Assembly: GCA_028686615.1 (NCBI GenBank)
Contig: JAQUBQ010000001.1
Location: 142 to 64,141, forward strand
DNA: 64,000 nucleotides
Source: Clostridia bacterium
GTDB lineage: Bacteria > Bacillota > Clostridia > TANB77 > CAG-465
Direction: 5' to 3'
Shown: positions 1-8,882 of the stretch, in pieces
Layout of the letters: each line of letters begins with the position of its first letter
How positions within the stretch are numbered: position 1 is the first letter of the stretch
Notes under the pieces: generated by a model
What the model saw: the letters and a program-made list of their open reading frames with translations, nothing else
Databases searched by the model: none
What the model was told of the DNA's origin: nothing
Program-made: the position numbers and the translations under genes

Positions 1-123
1 TATTGTATCTATTTTACCATTGGTAATATTAGCAGTATCTAAATAATTAATATAATTTTTATCATAATTTTGGCTAATATTCTTTTTATTAATATCAGTT
101 ATTTCTTTTATTTTTACTATCAT
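1..123 (-). CDS. Partial second hsdS-like gene. It starts with ATG at 123 and runs off the left edge of the window.
   Basis: Reverse-complement translation from 123 gives MIVKIKEITDINKKNISQNYDKNYINYLDTANITNGKIDTI. The (I/V)KxxEI ... Y(I/L)xxxNIxxGKI pattern is typical of an HsdS target-recognition domain N-terminus. It begins 5 nt after the recombinase stop, on the same strand. Confidence 0.45.
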   Translation of the reverse strand, partial: MIVKIKEITDINKKNISQNYDKNYINYLDTANITNGKIDTI

Positions 124-127
124 ATTC

Positions 128-1129
128 TTAACCTATATACTTTCTATGTGATATTTTTACATTATTTTGATTTACCATTGCATAATGCATTGTTGTTTCT
201 ATTTTTACATGTCCTAGCAGTTTTTGGACTTGTTCTATTGGCATTCCTTTATCTATAGCTACTGTTGCTAATGTCCTTCTGAATTTATGAGGGTGTACTC
301 TACTAATATTTGTAGATAGTCCTAATTTTCTTACTATTAATTCAATTCCTGATATTGAAAGTCTTTGATGAGGTTTGTTTTGTGAAACAAATAATGCAAT
401 ATTATTATCGTTTCTTGAATTCAAATATTGTAATAAATGAATTTTTGTTCTTGCATCAAAATAAACTTCTCTTTGCTTATTTCCCTTTCCTAAAACTATA
501 CATGAACGTTCTTCAATATTCAAATCTTTTTTATCTAAATTTACTAACTCTCCTACTCTAATGCCTGTAGAATAAAGCAGTTCTATTACTGCAAGATTTC
601 TAACATTTAAGCACTCATCTCTCATTTTTTCTATATTCTCATCTGTAAAAGTTTCTTTTATTATCGTAGCTGTTTTTATCTTATGAACTCTTCTGACTGG
701 ATTTTTAATAATATAATCTTCTTCTTCCAGCCATGAAAAAAAACTTGAAAATACTCTTCTAATATTATCTACCGTTGTTGAATTACATTTTCCATTATCC
801 TTATATTTTGATAAATAATTTCTTATATCTTCTGTTGTTATTCTCTTTAACGGTTTGTCTATGCTTACTAGCATCTTTTCTATTATTTCTTTATAATACT
901 TTATTGTCCTTTTTGAACAACCTTCTATTTCTTTAGCTGAAATAAAAGCATTTTTATAATTATCATTTATTGTTTTTTCTTCTATTTTTTTTAATTCATC
1001 TGATATAGCAGTAACCTCAACATCTTCAAAATTTCTGATTAAAACATTTTTTAATGCTTCAAGTTGATTATTTGTTAATATTAATGCCATTTCTTGTGTT
1101 ACATTCATTATTACATCATTTTTTACCAT
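128..1129 (-). CDS. Tyrosine site-specific recombinase (XerC/XerD-like phage-integrase family), likely the recombinase of an hsdS shufflon
   Basis: C-terminal catalytic region HPHKFRRTLATVAIDKGMPIEQVQKLLGHVKIETTMHYAMV, with the R...HxxR...Y catalytic signature. It sits between hsdS and a second hsdS-like start. Confidence 0.9.
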   Translation of the reverse strand: MVKNDVIMNVTQEMALILTNNQLEALKNVLIRNFEDVEVTAISDELKKIEEKTINDNYKNAFISAKEIEGCSKRTIKYYKEIIEKMLVSIDKPLKRITTEDIRNYLSKYKDNGKCNSTTVDNIRRVFSSFFSWLEEEDYIIKNPVRRVHKIKTATIIKETFTDENIEKMRDECLNVRNLAVIELLYSTGIRVGELVNLDKKDLNIEERSCIVLGKGNKQREVYFDARTKIHLLQYLNSRNDNNIALFVSQNKPHQRLSISGIELIVRKLGLSTNISRVHPHKFRRTLATVAIDKGMPIEQVQKLLGHVKIETTMHYAMVNQNNVKISHRKYIG

Positions 1130-1194
1130 ATAATATTACTCCTTTCTATGCCAAGTAATATTATATAATATCAAGCAAATAACTATTTGTATGA

Positions 1195-2400
1195 CTAAAT
1201 TTCTATTTTATTTAAGTCTATTTTTCCATTCATTAGTTTTGGTAATAATGTATCCCTTAATTGTGTCAAAGTATTATTCTGCTTATTGTTAATATAAATT
1301 TTTTCAATAATAATTTTCACTTCATTGGTAAAATCAATCATAAATTCACTAGGAGGCAATTTAAATTTGTATTTTTTAAAATCTGCCATTCTAATTCCTT
1401 TTTGTACACTTCCACTTGCTAAACTTACAGAATATTTCTGCATATCAGAACTTAATAATAATAAATACAAAAATTCAGACGATATAAGTTCATTTGGTCT
1501 TATAGTAAATACAGATTCGCTAACATTCCAATTAGTTGGTGTTTCATCTATTAAATACACTCTTCCGATTGTGCCTATACCTGAAAATAGTAAATCTCCT
1601 TTTTGTAAATCAGACCTCTTATTTATTTTAATTATGGCTTCATCATCAACCTTATCGCATTTATCATCTAATATGACTTGATTATTTTGCATATTCTTAA
1701 TTGTTACATAATAATTACTACCTTGCCCTAATACGAAATTTTTTCTTGGATTAAGACCTGTTGCAAATTTAGATGTTGCTTCATCTAATGTTATATCTTT
1801 CCATTTAATTATATCATTATTGTTAAGATATAACTCCTTATAAAGTCTTTTTAATATATTGTACAAATTATCATTTATCTGATTATTAATTTCTATTTTT
1901 TCATCAATATATTTTAAAACATTTACAATTTTATCTTGTTCTTCTTTATCAGGCAAATCAATAATAATATCACTAAACAAAGTTTTACTTAAAATAGGCA
2001 TAGTAGAACCACCTGCAATGCTTTTTAAAAATTCTTTTTTTCCTTTAAAATAATAGTATAAATATTCAGGATTACAAAACAACTTTATATCTGTTATTGA
2101 ATTAATCTGTTGATTGGTTACAGTTTTTCTATCTATTAAATATACTTTACCCATATCAGATCCTATACAACTTACGCAGACACTACCACTTCCCAATATA
2201 ATTGACTTGAAATTATCTGTTACTCTTTTTGTCAAATATCTTTCTGTTTTTCTAATATATTTTTGTTCCTTTTTCATATCTTTTGGAGTTAAAAACATAT
2301 ATATATCTTCAAAGCAAGAAAAGTTTTCACTTCGTTTTGTTGAAGGTGTTTTACCTGTTACAATTCTTCCTATATCACCTAACCTATATTCCATACCCAA
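1195..2400 (-). CDS. hsdS: Type I restriction-modification specificity subunit HsdS, with two target-recognition domains
   Basis: 401 aa. N-terminus reads [13 protein letters not shown], and the TRD2 start reads [20 protein letters not shown]. It overlaps the hsdM stop by 17 nt, which indicates translational coupling. Confidence 0.9.
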   Translation of the reverse strand: MGMEYRLGDIGRIVTGKTPSTKRSENFSCFEDIYMFLTPKDMKKEQKYIRKTERYLTKRVTDNFKSIILGSGSVCVSCIGSDMGKVYLIDRKTVTNQQINSITDIKLFCNPEYLYYYFKGKKEFLKSIAGGSTMPILSKTLFSDIIIDLPDKEEQDKIVNVLKYIDEKIEINNQINDNLYNILKRLYKELYLNNNDIIKWKDITLDEATSKFATGLNPRKNFVLGQGSNYYVTIKNMQNNQVILDDKCDKVDDEAIIKINKRSDLQKGDLLFSGIGTIGRVYLIDETPTNWNVSESVFTIRPNELISSEFLYLLLLSSDMQKYSVSLASGSVQKGIRMADFKKYKFKLPPSEFMIDFTNEVKIIIEKIYINNKQNNTLTQLRDTLLPKLMNGKIDLNKIEI

Positions 2401-3907
2401 TTGCTCCTAATACCTTCTTTATTTCTTCATCAAGTTTTCTTGATTCTTCAAATTGTTTCTTTAATTCACTTGTAAGAGTTGTCATTCTTTCTTCAAAAGA
2501 TACTCCATCATCTTCTACTTCTTCTGTTCCTACATATCTACCTGGTGTAAGTAAGCTATTACTTTCTTGTACTTCTTTTTTAGTAGATGATTTACAAAAT
2601 CCTAGTATATCCTCATAGTTTTCATTTTTTCTCCAATTATGATAAGTATCTGCTATTTTTTTAATATCTTCCTCTGATAAATCTCTTACTTTTCTATCTA
2701 CCATATATCCTAAATTTCTTGCATCAATAAATAATATTTTATTTTTTGTTTCTTCTGTTTTTTTCTTCCTCATTATCCATAAGCAACATGGTATTCCAGT
2801 TGCATAGAATAATTGACTAGGCATAGCAACTATACATTCCACTACATCTTTTTCTATCATATTTTTTCTTATCGTTCCTTCATTTGATGTGTCACTAGAA
2901 AGGGAACCATTGGCAAGAACTGTTCCTGCAACTCCTGTTTGCGGGTTTAGATGGTGCAACATGTGTTGTAACCAAGCATAGTTTGCATTTCCTGTAGGTG
3001 GTACTCCGTATTTCCAACGAAGGTCATCTTTTAATCTGTCACCGCCCCAATCTGATATATTAAATGGTGGATTTGCTAATATATAATCTGCTTTAAGAGT
3101 TTTGTGCAAATCATTATGAAATGCATCAGCATTATGCATTCCTAGATTTCCATCTATTCTTCTTATAGCTAAATTCATTTTAGCAAGCTTCCAAGTTGTT
3201 GGGTTTAATTCTTGTCCATATATAGAGACATTTCTAATATTTCCTTGATGTTCCTTTATAAATTTAGTTGATTGTACAAACATTCCTCCAGAACCGCAGC
3301 ATGGATCATATACCCTACCATTATATGGTTCAATCATTTCGACTAATGTTCTAACTATGCACGCCGGAGTATAAAACTCCCCTCCACCTTTTCCTTCAGC
3401 TGAAGCAAATTTGCTTAAGAAGTATTCATATACCCTACCAAGCATGTCCATTTCTTTTGCTTTATCTGTTCCTATTTCTAAATTAGAAAACAGTGTCACT
3501 AGTTCCCCTAGTCTTGTCTTATCAAGTTCAGGTCTTGAATAGTTTTTATTAAGAACTCCTTTTAAAGATGTATTCTCTTTTTCAATAGTCTCCATTGCTA
3601 AGTCAATTATTTTTCCTATTTCTGCTGTATTCGCATGTTTCTTTATTTCGTTCCACCTTGCAATTTTAGGGACCCAAAAAATGTTATCCGATGAATATTC
3701 ATCTTTATCTTCTGGATCTGCTAAATCTTCATTTAAAAGATTATTATATTTTTCTTCAAATGCATCAGATACATACTTTAAAAATATAAGTCCTAAAGCT
3801 ACATGTTTGTATTCTGAAGAATCCATACTTCCTCTTAATTTATCTGCTGCAAGCCATAATTTATCTTCATAACCCAATGTTGTGTTATTATTTATTTTTG
3901 CCATCAT
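2384..3907 (-). CDS. hsdM: Type I restriction-modification DNA methyltransferase subunit HsdM (N6-adenine)
   Basis: 507 aa. Carries the NPPF motif ([13 protein letters not shown]) and an AdoMet-binding region ([12 protein letters not shown]). The N-terminal HsdM_N helix region reads [15 protein letters not shown]. Confidence 0.95.
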   Translation of the reverse strand: MMAKINNNTTLGYEDKLWLAADKLRGSMDSSEYKHVALGLIFLKYVSDAFEEKYNNLLNEDLADPEDKDEYSSDNIFWVPKIARWNEIKKHANTAEIGKIIDLAMETIEKENTSLKGVLNKNYSRPELDKTRLGELVTLFSNLEIGTDKAKEMDMLGRVYEYFLSKFASAEGKGGGEFYTPACIVRTLVEMIEPYNGRVYDPCCGSGGMFVQSTKFIKEHQGNIRNVSIYGQELNPTTWKLAKMNLAIRRIDGNLGMHNADAFHNDLHKTLKADYILANPPFNISDWGGDRLKDDLRWKYGVPPTGNANYAWLQHMLHHLNPQTGVAGTVLANGSLSSDTSNEGTIRKNMIEKDVVECIVAMPSQLFYATGIPCCLWIMRKKKTEETKNKILFIDARNLGYMVDRKVRDLSEEDIKKIADTYHNWRKNENYEDILGFCKSSTKKEVQESNSLLTPGRYVGTEEVEDDGVSFEERMTTLTSELKKQFEESRKLDEEIKKVLGAIGYGI

Positions 3908-4233
3908 TATCCTCCTACAATTTTGTATATATTTCTACATATTTATTATACTTTTTTTCTTATTAAAAAGCAAACCATAAACTATAATCTTACTATTCTT
4001 TAACATATTTTGTTAATTAATATATAAAAATGTAAAATATCATCTAAAAAACATATTTATAATATTTAACTAATTTAATAAATAAAGCTGATAATTATTA
4101 AAAAACATAATTAATTACTGCATACTTCTTAAAACAAGCTGTTATAATCGATTTAATTGTTAAAATTCCTTGTCTTGGTGTTACGATACCAAAAGACAAA
4201 ACAAACCCCTCTATACCTTCCTCAGCCTTCACA

Positions 4234-4927
4234 TTGGACCAACAAAAACTCATAATACAATATGTGAATTTATCTAGAGCTACAAATGAAACATTACTTG
4301 CGTTATATACCGGAATGAGAGTTGGTGAAATTATTTCACTATATGTATCAGATATAGACTTTAAAAACAAAACAATAAATGTTAATAAAAACTGTTCCAA
4401 TTATACAGACTTTGATGCAGAGTTCAGAAGTAAAAACAAACAAGAAATATCCAAGACTAAGACTAATTCATCCACTAGGATAATACCATTTATATCTAAT
4501 AAAGTTGAAGAAGTATTAAGAGATCAATTAGAAGTGATTGAATATAATAAAAAAGTTTGGTAAATGTTACAAAAAGAATTCTCAATTACTATTTGCAAAT
4601 GAAAAAGGTAAACTTAAATCTACATCCACTGTTTCAACATGTTTCAATAGACTATGTGAAGTTATAAATGAAATTAAAAACAAAAATATTAAACCTACAA
4701 ATAAAAAATATATTAAAGTATTTAATAAACATAATTTCCATATGATTAGACATACATTTGCTACTAGATGTTTAGAAGCAGGAATGAATATAAAAGTTGT
4801 TTCTAAATTATTAGGTCACTCAAAAATACAATTAACCCTAGATATTTACTCTCATGTACTTGAACAATTTCAAGATGAGGAAATATCTAAGGTTACAGAT
4901 TATTTTAAGGATAAGGAGCTGTTTTAG
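4234..4927 (+). pseudogene. Tyrosine recombinase remnant. It is 5'-truncated and split into two overlapping ORFs by a frameshift.
   Basis: ORF 4234..4563 begins mid-domain at LLALYTGMRVGEIISL (the box I arginine region). ORF 4538..4927 carries HMIRHTFATRCLEAGMNIKVVSKLLGHSKIQLTLDIYSHV. No N-terminal core-binding domain is present. The first ORF opens with a TTG, not a credible start. Confidence 0.7.
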
Positions 4928-4949
4928 AACAGCTCCTTTGTGTATATAT

Positions 4950-7211
4950 TTATAATTTTTTTACATCATCATATATGTTTTTTAACTCTATTATATCCAT
5001 ATCTAAAATTGGTTCATACATAAAAGAATTTAAATGAATATTCTCTGGGGTTACAATATTAACTTTCTCTAGTACTTTAATCTTATCTATCGAACCAATT
5101 TGTATATAACCATTAAAAAGTTCCCTTGTTTGTTTATCACATAAACTTACATGTTGCATTAATAATGTATTATTTCCTGTAACAATACTATTATCTTTAC
5201 TCCAAGAAAATATTTTATTTACATCTTTATTAATTTCTTCAATCATAAACTTTTCTGCTGTCAATCTTGTTGCAATAGCTAAAATAATTTTATTTTCTAA
5301 ATATAAATTAGTAATATTTATGGTGTTAGCTTCAGCAAGTATTTTATCAAAAACTATATCAGTATCTACAACATTTATAAAATTGCTGTTACCAATGTAT
5401 TCATTATATATTATTTTTAGCATTCCAAAAGTCAGCTTATCTGTATGTTCTTTGACATGAAGTAGATTAGTCAAGAACATATAGTCCTCATCTATTAAAG
5501 TATAATTATTTACTCCTTTATCAACTCCATATTCTATTAAATTTCTAACAAAAGGGAGCAAGGCTATTATATATTTTATATTAAGATTTTTTTTCCAAAA
5601 TTGAAACGGTTGTTTTTGATATTTTTCTTTATCCAAACTTATTATGCCGTTAGTTATATTAGCATTTAATCTTTTATCTCTTGGAATAAAAATCCTTGTT
5701 GATATTGTTCTGTAGAAATCGAAATTATGTGATAATATTATTAAATAAAAGTTGTTGTATTTAGACATTTCATATAAATATTCTACTATAGCATATTTAT
5801 TCTTATAATCAAATGAATCAGCAATGTCATCTATAATAAATAATGTTCTCTGATTATCGATTTTTCTTTTTTCAACATCAAAAATTATATTAAGTAAATA
5901 TAAAGCCCTTTTTTCACCTTGACTTAGCACATCCTTGTTTTCTAATTCATCCCTGTCAAATTCAACCCAATTTTCAGGATCTAAATTTTCTTTGTTTCCG
6001 TCCTTACAAAAACTAAAAATAATTTTAGGTAAACTTTCTCCTATTATTGAACTTTTTAAGTTTACTATCTTCATTTTATATGGTACAGTAAATCTTTTTT
6101 CAAATATTTCTAATGCTCTTTTCCAAGGTGTTTCATCAAAATTTATTTCATCTATCTTTTTTTCCAAACTTTCATATTCTTTTTTTAATTCTTCAAATTT
6201 TTTTTCTTCTAACTTAATATATGAAAGCCACAATTGTAATCTTAATTCATTAAGATTATCTATCAAAAGCATCTCTACAATAGATGGGTTGTTCTCTATT
6301 ATATCTTTAAGTACTATTCCTTTTGCATCACTTAATGATTTTTCAATTTCCTTAAGTTCAGGTAAATCTTTTAATAAATCATCAATTTCTTTAAGTTTAT
6401 CAGAGATTTGTTTGATATTTGTTATCTCCATATCCCCAGCCAATATGATTTTATTATCTTTTACAAAATAATTATTTTTTTCTAAGTCTTTTGATATCTC
6501 TTTTAATTTTGGTAATGTAAATCTTCCTTTATCCAAAAAGTTAAAATCATTATACATTTCATCACTTTTTTTGATAAATTCTTTAATGTTTTTTTGAAAT
6601 GTTTCAGATTTAATCTTTTTTAAAACTGCTTCATCAAATATACTTGAATACTTAATGTCTTTTAGATTATCTGCTAACTTTGTTAAATCAAATTTTTTTA
6701 AGTTTAACAAAAAACTGCTATCATCACATTTAAAATCTTTAATTAGCGTGTTCTCCATTTCGTAAACTTTTTTACCTTGTGAAGTTTTTTGAACCTTCAG
6801 TCCTGATTGCTTTTCTAATAACTTAAGAAAATTGTTTCTTAAATTTAAAACACTGTTTATGGATTTTTTCAAGTCACTATTAATCAATAGAGAAGCTATA
6901 TTGTCAGATTCATATGAGTTTTCAAAAGATTTAATTACAAAAATATCATCACAAGATATATTACTATTATCAACTTCTACTTTTAAGATATTTGGAGTTT
7001 TATTAAATATTTCATCTTTAACTTCACTAGATTTACCATCTTGAATCATTTTAAAAGTTTTGGCAAAAGATGTCTTCATGAGACCATTTCTAGCATAAAC
7101 TGCATATACTTTTCCTGTACTAAAATCAAACTCTTTTTCTAATTTATTTATACCATAACAATTTTCAAATTCTAATTTTATATTTTTCATAACTTCCCCC
7201 TTAATATACAT
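4950..7211 (-). CDS. PrrC/RloC-like (AAA_13-type) ABC ATPase with a long coiled-coil insert and an uncharacterised roughly 250-aa C-terminal domain. Candidate anticodon-nuclease or abortive-infection partner of the Type I RM system.
   Basis: N-terminus IKLEFENCYGINKLEKEFDFSTGKVYAVYARNGLMKTSFAKTF parallels the PrrC/RloC N-terminus, but the P-loop is degenerate (NGLMKTS where NGSGKTS is expected). There is a K/E-rich coiled-coil of about 250 aa. The ABC signature is LSQGEKRALYLL and the Walker B is LFIIDDIADSFD. No HEPN Rx4-6H motif was seen in the C-terminal domain. Confidence 0.5.
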   Translation of the reverse strand: MYIKGEVMKNIKLEFENCYGINKLEKEFDFSTGKVYAVYARNGLMKTSFAKTFKMIQDGKSSEVKDEIFNKTPNILKVEVDNSNISCDDIFVIKSFENSYESDNIASLLINSDLKKSINSVLNLRNNFLKLLEKQSGLKVQKTSQGKKVYEMENTLIKDFKCDDSSFLLNLKKFDLTKLADNLKDIKYSSIFDEAVLKKIKSETFQKNIKEFIKKSDEMYNDFNFLDKGRFTLPKLKEISKDLEKNNYFVKDNKIILAGDMEITNIKQISDKLKEIDDLLKDLPELKEIEKSLSDAKGIVLKDIIENNPSIVEMLLIDNLNELRLQLWLSYIKLEEKKFEELKKEYESLEKKIDEINFDETPWKRALEIFEKRFTVPYKMKIVNLKSSIIGESLPKIIFSFCKDGNKENLDPENWVEFDRDELENKDVLSQGEKRALYLLNIIFDVEKRKIDNQRTLFIIDDIADSFDYKNKYAIVEYLYEMSKYNNFYLIILSHNFDFYRTISTRIFIPRDKRLNANITNGIISLDKEKYQKQPFQFWKKNLNIKYIIALLPFVRNLIEYGVDKGVNNYTLIDEDYMFLTNLLHVKEHTDKLTFGMLKIIYNEYIGNSNFINVVDTDIVFDKILAEANTINITNLYLENKIILAIATRLTAEKFMIEEINKDVNKIFSWSKDNSIVTGNNTLLMQHVSLCDKQTRELFNGYIQIGSIDKIKVLEKVNIVTPENIHLNSFMYEPILDMDIIELKNIYDDVKKL

Positions 7212-7445
7212 AAATTATATCACCTTCACCGACAACATTCTTTAGCGAATGCCGTCTAGTTTTGTCGAAATAATAAAATACACCCTATATTTTAATTATA
7301 GAGTGTATTATCTATTCAATTTATCATATAGCAAATCTTGTTGTTACCGGCTGCAGTCAATTTGCAGTCATTGCCTCTTTACTAACCTGCAACCACTGAT
7401 ACATCTAAGCTTGTCAATCTTGTACATACTTTCCTTGTAGTTTTA

Positions 7446-8849
7446 TTATTTTATATTTAATTTTATTCTATTGTATTCCCAGTTTTGAGAAACTTCAGCT
7501 TCTGATAATGCACTGCTGTATAAAGCAAAGTTATATATTGTTCCTGTGTATTTTAATCCTCTACCAAGTCTTAAATCCCCTAATGTTAAGTATTTATATT
7601 GTATTTTTTTACTTCCTGAGTTGAAGGTTTTTACTAAGCTTCCATTTAAATATACTTTTGTATCTTCCCCTCTTCTTCCTACAACTTGTATATTTAAGTA
7701 TTTGTTTTCATATTCTTGAATTGCAATACTTGCAAAGCCCTCTTCTTCGTATTCATAATCTATTTTTAAAAGAGCTCCTCCAGTTTTATAACTATATACA
7801 TGTAAATATCCATATACTATTCCAATCCAATTCAAGTAAACTGCTGATTCTTCAGATAATGCACATAATGTTGCTGGGTAATCTTCCCAACGTTCAGATA
7901 CACCTTTTTGGTTTACAGTTCCTTTAATTGTTAAGTTTATACCATATGTATCTCCTACTGGTTGCATTTCTTGATTCACAGTAATTCTTCCTACTTTTGA
8001 AGCGTTAGAAAGTTGTAATCCTCTATACATGTTATTCTCATAGGTTACATCATTATCCCCTTCCAAACTTTCCAATATTTCGAATTCTCCAAATTGAGTC
8101 AATGTTCTTGGCGAATCAAATGTAACTCCTGTCACTAAGTTATCAAGCACTAATTCAACTTCTTCATCTTGTTCTTGATATTGATTTACAAAATGAATAG
8201 GTACTTCTCCATCCATTATTCCTTGAATGCTCATAACCATACCTGAATTATAATTTACTATATATGGAGCATACTTAGCATTTATTATTCCAATGGATGA
8301 TAAATGATTTTCATCTAAGTAATGCCATCTACTTCCATAAGAAATTCCACGTATTTCTACATTATCAGGATGTGCAGTACCACCAATTTTATCTCCAACT
8401 AATGGTTTTTTTTGTTCTTTAATTTCTAAAACCTTATTTTCAATATTAAGGTTTTCTTTATTAAAGTCATACAGTTCTCTTTTAATAAGGATATATCCTA
8501 ACTTTTCAATATTTTCCTCTTTACTGGTAATATTATCATAGATATATATTAGTTTGTTGCTTAAATAAGCTACATTGTTAAATTCCTTTTCTTGTAGACT
8601 AGGAATTACTTTTTTTATTTCATCCTTTTCAATATATAGTGGATTATCCCTATCATCATTTAACAGCTTTTTAGCTTTGCTATACTCGAATTCTTCCTTA
8701 TATGTAGCAAACTCTGTCATTATTTTCGCTTTACTTGCTTTCCCTATAACTCCACTAGATTGTAAAGTCAAAATAATTGCTCCTGCTAGTATTATCATTA
8801 CTATTATTGTTATTACTAATACTACTAACGATACTCCTTTGTTTTTCAT
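7446..8849 (-). CDS. Type-IV-pilin-like N-terminal segment fused to a LamG/concanavalin-A-like lectin domain protein
   Basis: The likely start is the internal ATG at 8849 (MKNKGVSLVVLVITIIVMIILAGAIILTL), which has an AGAGGT RBS. The track ORF extends to 8879. The C-terminus reads GDLRLGRGLKYTGTIYNFALYSSALSEAEVSQNW, typical of a Laminin_G_3 domain end. Confidence 0.6.
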   Translation of the reverse strand: MKNKGVSLVVLVITIIVMIILAGAIILTLQSSGVIGKASKAKIMTEFATYKEEFEYSKAKKLLNDDRDNPLYIEKDEIKKVIPSLQEKEFNNVAYLSNKLIYIYDNITSKEENIEKLGYILIKRELYDFNKENLNIENKVLEIKEQKKPLVGDKIGGTAHPDNVEIRGISYGSRWHYLDENHLSSIGIINAKYAPYIVNYNSGMVMSIQGIMDGEVPIHFVNQYQEQDEEVELVLDNLVTGVTFDSPRTLTQFGEFEILESLEGDNDVTYENNMYRGLQLSNASKVGRITVNQEMQPVGDTYGINLTIKGTVNQKGVSERWEDYPATLCALSEESAVYLNWIGIVYGYLHVYSYKTGGALLKIDYEYEEEGFASIAIQEYENKYLNIQVVGRRGEDTKVYLNGSLVKTFNSGSKKIQYKYLTLGDLRLGRGLKYTGTIYNFALYSSALSEAEVSQNWEYNRIKLNIK

Positions 8850-8882
8850 TTTTATTACCTCTTTTTTATATGCATACATTTA

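Noticed and set aside
70-561. Plus-strand ORFs 70..258 and 355..561
   Set aside because: Low-complexity, Phe/Leu/Tyr-rich translations of AT-rich DNA, antisense to a well-supported integrase gene. No RBS.
1325-2618. Plus-strand ORFs 1325..1681, 2114..2410 and 2283..2618 inside hsdS and hsdM
   Set aside because: Antisense to strongly supported RM genes. The compositions are typical of spurious AT-rich reading frames.
4098-4400. Minus-strand 100-aa ORF overlapping the integrase remnant
   Set aside because: No family resemblance. It overlaps a recognisable, degraded integrase on the other strand. Likely noise.
5935-7044. Plus-strand Ser/Leu-rich ORFs (5935..6471, 6832..7044) inside the RloC-like gene
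   Set aside because: Mirror-image translation of a K/E-rich coiled-coil coding region. Not credible genes.
7300-7440. Possible tRNA or att site in the GC-rich block
   Set aside because: No cloverleaf could be folded by eye. No TTCGAATC-like T-loop or CCA end. Kept only as a low-interest boundary observation.
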